64,000 nt of DNA, taken from the NCBI GenBank assembly GCA_964422035.1, contig CAYQZQ010000001.1, positions 313,013 to 377,012 of the forward strand, written 5' to 3'. Positions within the stretch are counted from its first letter, which is position 1, and each line of letters starts with the position of its first letter. Made by a program: the position numbers and the translations under genes. The notes under the pieces are model-generated. The model had not been told where the DNA came from, searched no databases, and saw nothing but the letters and a program-made list of their open reading frames with translations. Source of the stretch: an uncultured Pseudomonadales bacterium (lineage in GTDB: Bacteria > Patescibacteriota > Microgenomatia > UBA1400 > Chazhemtobacteraceae). This document shows, in pieces, positions 19,243-29,384 of the stretch.

Positions 19243-20896
19243 ATACTTCTATTAATGTTTGGTGATCTGGCGTATTAACCTGGTACAAAGTGCGGCGGTT
19301 TTCTGGTAGTAATTTTAGCTTATGGCTTAAGTAAAGAGTATCAGAGTCGATGTCTTCTGGCCAGTTTAAGTCCTCAAAAGAGTACTTGCCTAGTCTGTAC
19401 TTATCAAGCTGATCAAGATAGTCTACACTCTCTTTCTCTACCCTACTTTGCCATCTGTGAGCAGCTTCTTGAAAGTCTTCTGGTGGATACTGGGTATAGA
19501 AAGCGACAAATGATTGCGACTGACTACCTCTTTCTACTAGTATTTTTTGATACTGGGGAGCTTTTTTTTGAACGTAACCGATGGCATCTCTAAAACCAAA
19601 ATACATGCTCTTTGGATTGCGCAGATGATGAGCAAATAAGTAGTTATTGGTATAGAAAATAAGAGAGATGGCCACCACAAGGGCAGTTACCACTTTAAAC
19701 CAGGTTGATTTAAGATTTTTAAAGGCGATCACTAACCCTAGTGAGGTTAACAAGGCCCAGAAACCTAAAAGAGCGCTGGTTCTATTGGGACGATAACCTA
19801 ATTTTGTTAAGGCAGCAGGAATGGGGGCTAGTAGTAGCCAGCTGAAAAGCAGTTGGGATTCTTTTTGTTTTCTTTGTTTTATTAAATTGTAAAGTGCCAG
19901 TAATACAAAGGGGAGCTGCCAGAGAAAGAGAAGGCCGGTGCCGGGGATTATTGAGTAGGTGATTTCTCTACCCCCTTCGGTAAACCAGAAGCTTAAGCTA
20001 AAGTAGCTAACGTAGTTGGTAATAAACTGATCAGCGGCGCTTGCCAGCTGATTATGAAAGATTGAAGAAAAGTAGGGGTGAATCTGAGCTAAGGGTGAGA
20101 ATGATTTTACATTTGTCAGCAGTATGGCTTCTCTATCTGAGAGATGAGTAACTAAAAGATCGGCTCCCCTACTACCTGCGGGAGTAAAGACTGAGAGATA
20201 GTAAATAGGAAGAGAGAAAAGGGCTGCAATTAATAGAGCGGGGATAATTTTTTCAAATTTAATATTTTTAATTTTGGGAAAGTAGATGATCAGCAAAGAC
20301 AATACAAAGAAGGGCAAAAATAACTTAAAGCTGTGATAAGCATAAAGAGAAATACCCCATGATAAAGCGGTTAAGTTAAGCCAGGAGGGTTTTTTTAAGC
20401 CTTTTAAAAACGCCCACAAGCCTAAGGGAAACAGGAATGAAGTAAGGTTGGCTTCAAGAGCCATACGAGAAAACTGAATATGCCAAGGCGTTAGAGCCAG
20501 GACCAAAGAAGCAACAATACCTACCGAGACATTTTTACCAGTAACTTTAAATGAAGTCTTGGGGAATAATTGATTGGCTAACAAATAAATTGCAAAAACT
20601 GCCAAGGTGCCAAAAACTGCGGAAGGCAGGCGAGCAGAAAACTCATTTAGCCCAAAAACACTAATGGCAGGAGCCATAAGATACGTTTGCAGTGGTGCTT
20701 TGTAGTCTAAGAAAGACTTAAAGGACAGTTGAGGTAGTGGCCTACCCCATTCGTCTTGGCCTGTCTTGTTTATCGAGTAGGCTGTGTAGGCTTGGCTGGC
20801 TTCGTCAGGAGTGAAGCCTCTGGGGATTTGGCCTAGCCCAATTAATCTGACTAAAAATGATAAAGCTACAATACCTATGAGTAGTTTTTTATTCAC
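19217..20896 (-). CDS. GT-C (ArnT/PMT-like) membrane glycosyltransferase, tandem paralog 4
   Basis: PDEASQAYTAYS..TGQDEWG...FLDYKAP, PWHIQFSR. Confidence 0.85.
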   Translation of the reverse strand: MNKKLLIGIVALSFLVRLIGLGQIPRGFTPDEASQAYTAYSINKTGQDEWGRPLPQLSFKSFLDYKAPLQTYLMAPAISVFGLNEFSARLPSAVFGTLAVFAIYLLANQLFPKTSFKVTGKNVSVGIVASLVLALTPWHIQFSRMALEANLTSFLFPLGLWAFLKGLKKPSWLNLTALSWGISLYAYHSFKLFLPFFVLSLLIIYFPKIKNIKFEKIIPALLIAALFSLPIYYLSVFTPAGSRGADLLVTHLSDREAILLTNVKSFSPLAQIHPYFSSIFHNQLASAADQFITNYVSYFSLSFWFTEGGREITYSIIPGTGLLFLWQLPFVLLALYNLIKQRKQKESQLLFSWLLLAPIPAALTKLGYRPNRTSALLGFWALLTSLGLVIAFKNLKSTWFKVVTALVVAISLIFYTNNYLFAHHLRNPKSMYFGFRDAIGYVQKKAPQYQKILVERGSQSQSFVAFYTQYPPEDFQEAAHRWQSRVEKESVDYLDQLDKYRLGKYSFEDLNWPEDIDSDTLYLSHKLKLLPENRRTLYQVNTPDHQTLIEVFDFPDEEK

Positions 20897-20904
20897 GGTG
20901 TTTA

Positions 20905-22605
20905 TTAAATCTTTCTAATAAGATGGAAGAGCGGTTCGTCAAATACATTGTTGGTGGTACCAATACTTTCAAATCCTCCTGGTTCTTCAACAGTCCAGTT
21001 CCAGTCCCCTGGCGCCTCTATACCTTGAACTGCCATATAGATATCACCTGGTTCTAAAAGTTCTCTGATCCTTTTATCTGCTGGATTGTGTTGATCAAAT
21101 TGAATTTGACCAAAGTAAAAGTTGGGACCAAACTTATAGCCGTTGAAGTTTTCCAATAGACCATCCTCCACCTGGTCTCCTGCAAAGTATTGATGGAATT
21201 TTAAAGGTGCAAAGTCAGTGTAAAAAGCAAACTGCAGAAGAGATGGTTCATAGGTGTTATTTATAAAGATACGTGAATCTGTATCAAGATGAGGTTTTAG
21301 CTGGGTAAATATATCCTTATATCCATACTGCCAGTACTCAGCTGTTTTGTAGCGATAATGAGCTGAATATTGATGGGCATACAAAAATACATTTACAGAT
21401 AAAGCGCCTACAAAGGCGACTAGTGCAATAATTTTTAGTTTTTTGCTTAGTAGTTTTTTAAGATGAAAGAAGCCTAAAGTTGAGACAACAATCAAGGCGG
21501 GTAGCATGATAAACAACCTGGTGGCATGAGTGCCGCCATCAACAGTCAAGGCAGAAGGAATGGGAGAAATGAGCAACCAAGTCAAAAGTAACTGTGAGGA
21601 CTTTTTGGAGAAAGTTTTTGCCAGAGAAAAAATGCCGGCTATAAACATGGGGAAAGTAACCCACAACAGTTGGCCAAAGCCTACTACTGAATGACGAGGG
21701 AATGGGTCACCGGAGATGAAGAGAAATTGAGGAGAGAAGGATTGTAAATAATGGGTAACTAAGGTTGTTGAAAATTTTAAGGGCTTGTTATGAAAAATGG
21801 CTTCTTTGGTAGCATCGACCCACGGCTGAGTACGAGCTAAAATAATTGAGTCGATAAGCTCTTGTGAGGAGAAAATACTAACAAGACCAAAGCGACCAGC
21901 AGCTTGGCCCAGAAATAGATGATAGGAAATTGGCAGCATGATAACCAAAGTAGACAACCAGACGTACCAGTTATCCAAAAACATCTTTTTGAGATTAGGT
22001 TTGTAGATGACTAAAAGACTGATAGCCAAAAGTGGTGTAAACAAGTTAGCGGTTGAGTAGGTATAAAAGGTCAAAGCTAAAGGAATGGGGAAAAGAATGA
22101 AGGGAAGTCTGGGGGTTTTAGTAAACTTAATAAACCAGTAAGCCCCCAGAAGCAGTAGAGCTAGCAGCAGAGTCACTTCAAAACTGACACGAGAATAATG
22201 AAGATGCCAGGGAGTTAAGGTTAATAGTAAAGCTGAAACCTCACCGGCGCTAACACTAAATTTACCTAGCTTGATCTTTAGTTTGGGGAAAAGCTGATTT
22301 GTAAGCAGATATATCAGATATATGTCTACCACACCCAAAAGTGCTACTGGCAAACGAGCGCTGAAGGTGGATAAGCCAAATAAGCCTACAAAAGGAGCAG
22401 TGACATACATGATTAGTGGAGCTCTCCACTCGCTTAAGCTATGAATATAGGTGGGGAGCAAATTGCCCATGTAGTCTTTGCCTGTCTTCCAGAGGCTCCA
22501 AGCATGATAGGCAACATCAACTTCGTCTGAAAATAAGGATATGGGTAAACTACCAAGATCAATGAGGCGTAAGGCAGTGGCAAGAGTGAGGATTAAATAG
22601 ATCAT
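20905..22605 (-). CDS. GT-C (ArnT/PMT-like) membrane glycosyltransferase, tandem paralog 5
   Basis: SDEVDVAYHAWS..TGKDYMG...EWRAP, PWHLHYSR. Confidence 0.85.
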   Translation of the reverse strand: MIYLILTLATALRLIDLGSLPISLFSDEVDVAYHAWSLWKTGKDYMGNLLPTYIHSLSEWRAPLIMYVTAPFVGLFGLSTFSARLPVALLGVVDIYLIYLLTNQLFPKLKIKLGKFSVSAGEVSALLLTLTPWHLHYSRVSFEVTLLLALLLLGAYWFIKFTKTPRLPFILFPIPLALTFYTYSTANLFTPLLAISLLVIYKPNLKKMFLDNWYVWLSTLVIMLPISYHLFLGQAAGRFGLVSIFSSQELIDSIILARTQPWVDATKEAIFHNKPLKFSTTLVTHYLQSFSPQFLFISGDPFPRHSVVGFGQLLWVTFPMFIAGIFSLAKTFSKKSSQLLLTWLLISPIPSALTVDGGTHATRLFIMLPALIVVSTLGFFHLKKLLSKKLKIIALVAFVGALSVNVFLYAHQYSAHYRYKTAEYWQYGYKDIFTQLKPHLDTDSRIFINNTYEPSLLQFAFYTDFAPLKFHQYFAGDQVEDGLLENFNGYKFGPNFYFGQIQFDQHNPADKRIRELLEPGDIYMAVQGIEAPGDWNWTVEEPGGFESIGTTNNVFDEPLFHLIRKI

Positions 22606-22614
22606 AGGTATATT

Positions 22615-23778
22615 TTAGATAAAGGGTAGGCCTAGTGTCCAATAAAGATTAAAAAAATGAAAAGCGCTAACCAGGAAGTAAGAGGTAAGTTGGAGATTTT
22701 TTTTAGAAGTAGGTACTAATAATATAAATACCAAGACAGGAAAAAGGTGCCTTTCGTGAACTCTGGTTTGAAAAAAGAAGGCTGATAAGGAAAGGATCAA
22801 CAAAACATAAAAGATTGTTTGTTTTTTACTGGATAGATAGTTTGACAAGACTTTAAGATAAAATACGAAGAGGATAATAATTGACCACAATCTAACAGAG
22901 ATACCAAGCAAGAGAGTTGAGTCCGATATTCTTTGGCCACTATATACAAAATGCCACAAATTCCAAGCAGCATCAGAGATTAGATCAGAGGAGCCTTTTA
23001 GAGTGCTTGTGTATAAGGAAAGCGATTGCAAAGAAAAGCCAGTGAAGGGAAGGTAGAAAAGCAAGAAGACAGCAAATTGAAGAAGTAATCCTTTAAGTAA
23101 TCTTTTGAAATCAGAGCGCTTAAACCAATAGACAATAAAGACGGGTAACAACCAAAGTGCGGTCTGTTTGGAAAGAGCAGCTAAGAGATAGCTTAGATGT
23201 GAAAGATAATAACCTTTGTCTGTTTTTTGTTTGCCCAGATAAACTGAAAGAAGGATAAAGAAAATTGGCAGACTTTCTATTTGCCCCCAGACAGTACTGA
23301 CGTAGATAACAGCTGGATTAAAAAGAAATAGAAGAGTATATAAAAGTGGGCGCGAATTTTTTCGTAGAGATACAAATTTATAGATTAAAAAACCGATGCC
23401 CAGGTCGGCAAGGATGGCAGGCAGCTTGAGGAAAGCAGCTTGCATATTTAAGGTAGGAAGGAGAAATATTAGCTTAGAGGGGAAAATGCCGATGGCCTTA
23501 TTTAGATAAACTGAAGCCTGACTAAACCAATGATATAAAACTCTAGATATTGAAAATAGATAAATTGTAAGCGGTGGATAGTTGGGTGTCTCAAAGCCTG
23601 AGATAGGACGAGAATAAAAACCTACAACTTGATTTAAAAAGCTGTCTGCCCAAGCTAGATGGTTTCTAATATCACCGGAATACTGAAAATATGCCAGGAA
23701 AAGACGGATAAAGAAAGCTGAAAACAAAAGCAGCCAGAGTTTTTTGTTTTTACTCAGTTGAGATAGCGCTTGTTTCAT
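22615..23778 (-). CDS. GT-C membrane glycosyltransferase (GT87/ALG6-like)
   Basis: NYPPL, KLPAILAD, FNPA.IY.S.VWGQ.E, RVHERH. Confidence 0.78.
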   Translation of the reverse strand: MKQALSQLSKNKKLWLLLFSAFFIRLFLAYFQYSGDIRNHLAWADSFLNQVVGFYSRPISGFETPNYPPLTIYLFSISRVLYHWFSQASVYLNKAIGIFPSKLIFLLPTLNMQAAFLKLPAILADLGIGFLIYKFVSLRKNSRPLLYTLLFLFNPAVIYVSTVWGQIESLPIFFILLSVYLGKQKTDKGYYLSHLSYLLAALSKQTALWLLPVFIVYWFKRSDFKRLLKGLLLQFAVFLLFYLPFTGFSLQSLSLYTSTLKGSSDLISDAAWNLWHFVYSGQRISDSTLLLGISVRLWSIIILFVFYLKVLSNYLSSKKQTIFYVLLILSLSAFFFQTRVHERHLFPVLVFILLVPTSKKNLQLTSYFLVSAFHFFNLYWTLGLPFI

Positions 23779-24578
23779 TTAGAAAGTCGTCTTATTAGCT
23801 TCTGATATTTTTGACCTGCTCTGAGCACAAAGTTTAGTGCTCTTGAACCTATTTGCCCGTGATACTGGCGAGCTGATTTAAGCAGGGGGCTGTTTAGATG
23901 CTCTGTAAATCCCCCACTGGCTCCAGAAGCATGGCGTACTTTGGCTTTAGAGTAGTAATAAAGAGGTAGATGGGCTTGATGTATGCGCTTGGCGTATTCA
24001 ATGTCTTCGTAATATAAGAAAAAGTCCTCGTTTAATAAGCCTACTTTTTCAATTGTGGATCTGGGCATCAAAAAAGCAGCCATTATTGCTACTTGGACTT
24101 TAGCAGTTTTTTTATCTGGTATGTATTTACCAAAACATTCTTTGCAGCCTAAAAAGTAGTGTCGTATAGCGTTGGTGATAGTGGGGAAACGATAGACTGA
24201 AGCTTGAGGCTTGCCATCCATATCTAGTAGTTGAGGAGCTACGGCACCTAGCGGTTGATGGCTTTGGGCAAAATCATATAAGTACTGTAGACAGTTACCA
24301 ACCAGGCGGGTATCGGGGTTAATCAGAAGAATGTACTCACCTTTTGATTTCTTTATCCCCTGATTTACTCCTTTGGAGAAGCCTTGATTGGTTCGGGCTT
24401 CGATTACTGTGGGGTTGGAAGAATGTTGCCTGGCTAGTTTAGCTGAGTCATCTTTTGATTTGTTATCAACAACGATGACTTCTTTTTTTAAAACGTCTGG
24501 TGATTTTTGAATTGTGTCTAGCAGACCAGTGATGTGATCTTGTGAGTTGTATGTGACTGCAATAATTGAAAGATCCAT
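23775..24578 (-). CDS. GT2 glycosyltransferase (WbbL-like)
   Basis: VTYNS, VDN.S.D, N.GFS...N.G, NPD, FFLYYED. Confidence 0.88.
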   Translation of the reverse strand: MDLSIIAVTYNSQDHITGLLDTIQKSPDVLKKEVIVVDNKSKDDSAKLARQHSSNPTVIEARTNQGFSKGVNQGIKKSKGEYILLINPDTRLVGNCLQYLYDFAQSHQPLGAVAPQLLDMDGKPQASVYRFPTITNAIRHYFLGCKECFGKYIPDKKTAKVQVAIMAAFLMPRSTIEKVGLLNEDFFLYYEDIEYAKRIHQAHLPLYYYSKAKVRHASGASGGFTEHLNSPLLKSARQYHGQIGSRALNFVLRAGQKYQKLIRRLSK

Positions 24579-24579
24579 A

Positions 24580-25467
24580 TTAGATTTTTGAATTTACTAA
24601 TTTGAGCACTTGTTTGTCAGACAATTTAGCAGCACGGCGATTTTTAATTCTGTTTTTAGCAACTTTTGTGTATTGCTTGAATGCAGCAAAGACGACTTTG
24701 GAGTAGCCAGGATGTTTTAGAGTGTGGGAAACTAAAAACTTAAAGTGATCTGAAGCAAGCTTTCGGTCAGTTATGTTCTGCCAATGGAAAAATAGTTCGT
24801 TTCTTTGTTTTATTAAATTTAAATAGTTTTGATCAAGTTTTTTGAAAGTTGACTCGTGCTGGTGATCTATATACGCATCTGGTGCCCAGATGATTTTGTA
24901 GCCTTTTTTCCAGGCGCGCCAGCCTAGATCAATGTCTTCCCAGTAGCCCGGTGAATATATCTCATTGAAGCCGTTTAGTTTATTCCAGATTGACATACGT
25001 AAGATGCTGCTGCCCCCGGAAGGCCAAGCACAAAAACGAGGATTTTTCTTGTCTTCTCCCTGGGTATATTGAAGCTTGCCGTTTTTCCAAAAAACCTTTG
25101 GCCAGCTGGATTGTTTTTCATTAAAGTTAACCGCGAAGATATCTTCATCATCAAAGTACTTAAAGGCGTTTTTTAGGTAGTCTTTATGAGGCTCTACATC
25201 GTTGTTTAAAAGTAGTATAAAGTCTGCGCCACTTTGTGAGACGGCTCGATTGACGCTTTTACTAAAGCCTCTGTTTTCTTTATTGATTAAAAGTTTTATA
25301 TCGGGATAGTTTTCTTTAAGAAACTGAGGAGTGTCGTCTGAACCACCGTCTTCTACTATGATGATCTTGTTTAAATCTGACGAGTGTTTGTAGATGGCGG
25401 GTAGATGTTTTTCCAAAAGATGTCGGGCTTGGTAACTGGGAATAACTAAATCAATTTTTTGTTTCAT
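24580..25467 (-). CDS. GT2 glycosyltransferase
   Basis: N.GFS..VN, LLNND, GYWEDIDLGWRAW. Confidence 0.88.
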   Translation of the reverse strand: MKQKIDLVIPSYQARHLLEKHLPAIYKHSSDLNKIIIVEDGGSDDTPQFLKENYPDIKLLINKENRGFSKSVNRAVSQSGADFILLLNNDVEPHKDYLKNAFKYFDDEDIFAVNFNEKQSSWPKVFWKNGKLQYTQGEDKKNPRFCAWPSGGSSILRMSIWNKLNGFNEIYSPGYWEDIDLGWRAWKKGYKIIWAPDAYIDHQHESTFKKLDQNYLNLIKQRNELFFHWQNITDRKLASDHFKFLVSHTLKHPGYSKVVFAAFKQYTKVAKNRIKNRRAAKLSDKQVLKLVNSKI

Positions 25468-25500
25468 GATTGTATGTAATTGTAAACTATTGAGAGGTTA

Positions 25501-27483
25501 CTACTTAAGGGTAAAGACAAAATCTTCAGGTTGCGAGTCTTTTTTGAGAATATTGACATCCTCAGCCTGAGGGGTTGTTAGTTTAATGTTGGCTCTCACA
25601 TAAAATGCTGAAGGTTGCTGCTCCATGGCTTGATAGATTATTCGAGTAGTTTCCGGGTTCGCCTTTCTGTGCTGTGGAGCAACAATAAAACTAATGGGTC
25701 GCAGACTTACTCCCTTAATATCCAGAGCTTGTTTTTGAATGACTGAGAGATTCTTGGACGGATCTAGATAACCTACAAAGCGAGGATAATCAGAAGGAAC
25801 TGAACGCTTAATTACTCTGTCAACTTCTAGTGAGTTTAGGCCAGTTACTTTTGATAGGGCATCTAGATGCTTGTTCCAGTCGTACATTAGCCGAGGGATG
25901 GCGTAAACTGTTTGCCACTGTCCCCTACTGGCGATAAGCTCGCCAGAACTGTTTTCCAGTCTAGTGACAGGAATGGTGCCTTCATCAATGACTAACTCAC
26001 TTTGAGGCGTGAAACCTGTCCAGATATAGTCCCAGTCCCAGATTAGTTTCCATTGATTACGAATCTTTTCAAATTGAAAGTCTTTTTTATTAGTCAACGG
26101 CCCAAAGCGGGTCTGGTAAGTAATTTCGTACTGGGCAGTAGCTTGATTTTTTTTGATTTTTAGATCTGTTATCTTAACCTGAACGTCTCGAGTTGAAAGC
26201 TGGTCAAGAAAACCTTCAATTGGTTGAATAAATTCAGTTTCAGGGATTTTACTTATGTCCTGATGAGAGATGCTTCTATATAGCTCTCGATAGGCTCTGG
26301 TGGAAATGAAACGAGCTACAGCTTGAGTGTGGCCGGTAAGATCTTTTTTAACCATAGAGCTGTACATAAAAGGCAGATTAAGAAGGATTAACAAAACTAT
26401 CAACCATTTTCTGTTTTTAAATAGATAAACTGACAGAAGAACAAACAGAGGGATGATAGGCATTAAGTATCTGCCCCAGAAGGGAACAAAGGTATTAACT
26501 ATTAAAAAAACAAAGGTGAGAAGAGAGAGGTACAGCCAGGGCTTATTTTTCTTCTTAAATGACTGGAAAGCTACTATAAGAGCTGAAATAACTCCAACTG
26601 GTAACAGAGGGCTCCAGTCACCCAGAGACATCGTCTTGCCCGGCTGCCACCAGCCCTGATAGATATTTAAAAAGATACCCTTCCACTGGTTGAGATATTC
26701 AACTGAATGTTGAGAAGAAAGATAGAACTTGAGTGGTTTTTCATGAAGTCTTAACCAAGGAAAAGGATTGGGATGACGAATAAAATAAGAAGCAAAGGCA
26801 AGTACATAGCCGGCGAAAGTAAAAGGTATATATAAAAATAATTCCTTTAGATCTTTTTTGTGCCAGTATATGAAAACAAGATCAAGCAATAGAACAAATG
26901 GAGTGTATACCCCTGGCTTTACGCCGGTGGCTAAGCCTAAAAATACCGCAGCAGGAAGAAGGCCAATTAACTTATCTGTTTTAAAGTAGCGAATTATAAA
27001 GTAGGTGTGAGTTAAGTACATAAACATCAAAGGCAGATCCAGCATGGTCTCTTTGATTTGAGTAGCTATAAATGGAGTAGTAGATAAAAGAAGTAACGAC
27101 ATAAGCCTTGTTTTCTGCTTGGCGAATAGTTGCTTTGCTAGTAGATAGAAAACACCAATTGAGCCAAGGTACAAGCCCAAACTAATCCAAAATGGATTGC
27201 CGATAAGTCTTTCAGCTATGCCGTACAAGTGCTTGCCTAAAGGTGGTATTTCGTAATTAATATAGAAAGGGTTTTCTCCTTGAGTTAATCTATAACCAAC
27301 AAATTTGTATAATTCACCATCGGAGATGCCCCTGGTGCTTTGAGGTACATTCCATTGAGACTGGTAATACAAGTTTTCATAGTATTCGGGCTCGTATTGA
27401 TAATAGAAAACTTCTCTGGAAAAAAAGAGGACGAAACCGATTGCAAGAGTGGAAAGTATTATTAGTATTTTGTTGGTAGACAT
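25501..27483 (-). CDS. GT-C glycosyltransferase fused to a MecA_N (NTF2-like) and PBP pedestal-like C-terminal region
   Basis: The N-terminal ~380 aa are polytopic (N.E.PPLGK, RYLMP). The C-terminus has Y.ITYQT.FG, WKLIWDWDYIW and RLENSSGELIA, resembling the non-penicillin-binding module of class B PBPs. No transpeptidase domain follows. Confidence 0.7.
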   Translation of the reverse strand: MSTNKILIILSTLAIGFVLFFSREVFYYQYEPEYYENLYYQSQWNVPQSTRGISDGELYKFVGYRLTQGENPFYINYEIPPLGKHLYGIAERLIGNPFWISLGLYLGSIGVFYLLAKQLFAKQKTRLMSLLLLSTTPFIATQIKETMLDLPLMFMYLTHTYFIIRYFKTDKLIGLLPAAVFLGLATGVKPGVYTPFVLLLDLVFIYWHKKDLKELFLYIPFTFAGYVLAFASYFIRHPNPFPWLRLHEKPLKFYLSSQHSVEYLNQWKGIFLNIYQGWWQPGKTMSLGDWSPLLPVGVISALIVAFQSFKKKNKPWLYLSLLTFVFLIVNTFVPFWGRYLMPIIPLFVLLSVYLFKNRKWLIVLLILLNLPFMYSSMVKKDLTGHTQAVARFISTRAYRELYRSISHQDISKIPETEFIQPIEGFLDQLSTRDVQVKITDLKIKKNQATAQYEITYQTRFGPLTNKKDFQFEKIRNQWKLIWDWDYIWTGFTPQSELVIDEGTIPVTRLENSSGELIASRGQWQTVYAIPRLMYDWNKHLDALSKVTGLNSLEVDRVIKRSVPSDYPRFVGYLDPSKNLSVIQKQALDIKGVSLRPISFIVAPQHRKANPETTRIIYQAMEQQPSAFYVRANIKLTTPQAEDVNILKKDSQPEDFVFTLK

Positions 27484-27490
27484 GTAAGTT

Positions 27491-28573
27491 TTAATTATCT
27501 AATATCTTGAAAGCTCGTTTCTTGAAGTTGTCATAGGAAAACTGCTGAGCTCTTTTTTGAGCCTTTTGTGAGACCTGCTCTCTTAGAGTAGCGTTAGCTA
27601 TCAGCTTAAGAGTTTCTCTTTTTAAATCACTTAGAGTGGTCCATAAGAAACCGGTGTCTTGGGTAATGATTTCCGGCTGACCTCCTTTATCGATAACTAC
27701 AGGTACGCAACCTGAGGCCATTGCTTCAACTGTAGTCATTCCAAAGTGTTCTACAGATTCTGGATTGATGTCGGCGTCAACTTCAAAGCCTGCTGCATGC
27801 CAGTAGATACTGGCCCTTGAGTAATGTTCTTTTAGTTTTTTAAAATCCGGATTAACATCAAACTCGATTGGATAACCACGAGCTTGATTTTTCAGAGAGT
27901 TAATTATGCTGTCAGAACCTTTTTTGCCGCCCACTAGTTCAAGCTTCCAACCATCCAGGCCGCTATCGATAAGTTGCTTGAATGCCTTGATAAGCACATC
28001 TTGTCTTTTGGAGTGCGAGGGAGAAGCAAAGCGGCCCACATTTAGTATGGTCTGCTCTTTTTCTTTTGGGCTAAACTCAGACACCGAGATTGGAGGATAA
28101 ATAACTTTGGAACGATCAGTTCCCAGGGTCTTATCAATCACTTTTTTGGTAAATTGGGAGTTGACGATAATTTCTGAGATTGATTTCAATTTTAGCTTGT
28201 CTATGATCTGAAAACGATTGGTTTTTTTGAAAGGGACTTGATAGTGAAGCCAGGTGTTCTTGCCAAATAGGACGGGGACACTGCCGTCGCTTAGAAAGAA
28301 GACTAAGTCAATGTCTTGAAGGGCTTTTTTTTTGTTTAAAAGGTTAACTTTTTTAGTAAAAAGGTCGTAGTACTCAGAGCTGACTTGGACTTTGGAGAGA
28401 TCTAGATCGAATCTTTGATGAGCTTGTTTTAAGATATCAGGGTCCTGCCAGGCTACCTCTACGCGCCAACCGCTTTCTGATAAAGCCTGAGCTAAAGACA
28501 GAGTGTACCTTTCCCCTCCTCCAAGAGTATCAAGATAGGGGTCAAACAGAACAGCTATTTTTGTTTTTGCCAT
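27491..28573 (-). CDS. GT4 glycosyltransferase
   Basis: GGGERY, VGRF, KRQD, EHFGMTTVEAM. Confidence 0.92.
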   Translation of the reverse strand: MAKTKIAVLFDPYLDTLGGGERYTLSLAQALSESGWRVEVAWQDPDILKQAHQRFDLDLSKVQVSSEYYDLFTKKVNLLNKKKALQDIDLVFFLSDGSVPVLFGKNTWLHYQVPFKKTNRFQIIDKLKLKSISEIIVNSQFTKKVIDKTLGTDRSKVIYPPISVSEFSPKEKEQTILNVGRFASPSHSKRQDVLIKAFKQLIDSGLDGWKLELVGGKKGSDSIINSLKNQARGYPIEFDVNPDFKKLKEHYSRASIYWHAAGFEVDADINPESVEHFGMTTVEAMASGCVPVVIDKGGQPEIITQDTGFLWTTLSDLKRETLKLIANATLREQVSQKAQKRAQQFSYDNFKKRAFKILDN

Positions 28574-29358
28574 TTGTCTAGAATTTTATTATCAATTTGC
28601 TTGTAAGTTTCAGAAAGAGAAGGATCTTTTTGCATTTGCCAAAGTTGAACATAGGTCAAAAAGCGGGAAAACATTTGAAAGATTATTTCAATATGACCCT
28701 GGTTTCCATCTTTAAATAAGCCTTGTTTGGTTCTTTTGAAAAACTCGGTAAAGAGAATCCGCCAGAAGCGCCATGGTTTCATAGGAGGATGATTTTTTTT
28801 GTAAAGCATCTCTGCTTCCAACTGAGACCAACTTAAGGTTTTTTCAACCATGCTGTTGATTTCTCTGTGGGTCATGTGAATCATGGGAGTTTTTATCTCA
28901 CCTATAGAGCCTTCTACTTGGGGTTGTTCATGAAGCTTGCCTTGCCAGCCTTTTAAAGCGGATTTTTTAATAAGGCGAAGAACTTTTGAGTCGGGCCAAT
29001 GCTTGAGGTGCTTGCCTAGCAAGATGTCTTGGCGGGAAATGGTATAGGCGGAATGCTTGGGGTTTTCTAGAACTTTATTGATTTCTTTGGCCAACTCAAC
29101 TGGGATTCTTTCGTCGGAGTCGACATAGAGGATCCAGTCGCCGGTGGCTTCTTTAGCGGCCAAATTGCGCCATTTGGCAAAGTCGTGCCCTGATGTTTTG
29201 ATTATCTTGGTAACTAAAGGACGTGAAACTTCTATGGTGTCATCAGTCGAGCCTGTATCGACCAGTATTATTTCGTCAACAAACTGAAGTGTCTTAAGAG
29301 TGGGAGTAATAAAGTGGGCTATGTTTTTGGATAGAACAATAGCTGATATTGTTGGCAT
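28555..29358 (-). CDS. GT2 glycosyltransferase (WaaE/KdtX-like)
   Basis: VDTGSTD.T, FA.WRN, VDSDE, LHE. Confidence 0.88.
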   Translation of the reverse strand: MPTISAIVLSKNIAHFITPTLKTLQFVDEIILVDTGSTDDTIEVSRPLVTKIIKTSGHDFAKWRNLAAKEATGDWILYVDSDERIPVELAKEINKVLENPKHSAYTISRQDILLGKHLKHWPDSKVLRLIKKSALKGWQGKLHEQPQVEGSIGEIKTPMIHMTHREINSMVEKTLSWSQLEAEMLYKKNHPPMKPWRFWRILFTEFFKRTKQGLFKDGNQGHIEIIFQMFSRFLTYVQLWQMQKDPSLSETYKQIDNKILDKWQKQK

Positions 29359-29384
29359 GGACTTATTGTATCAAGAAGTTAATT

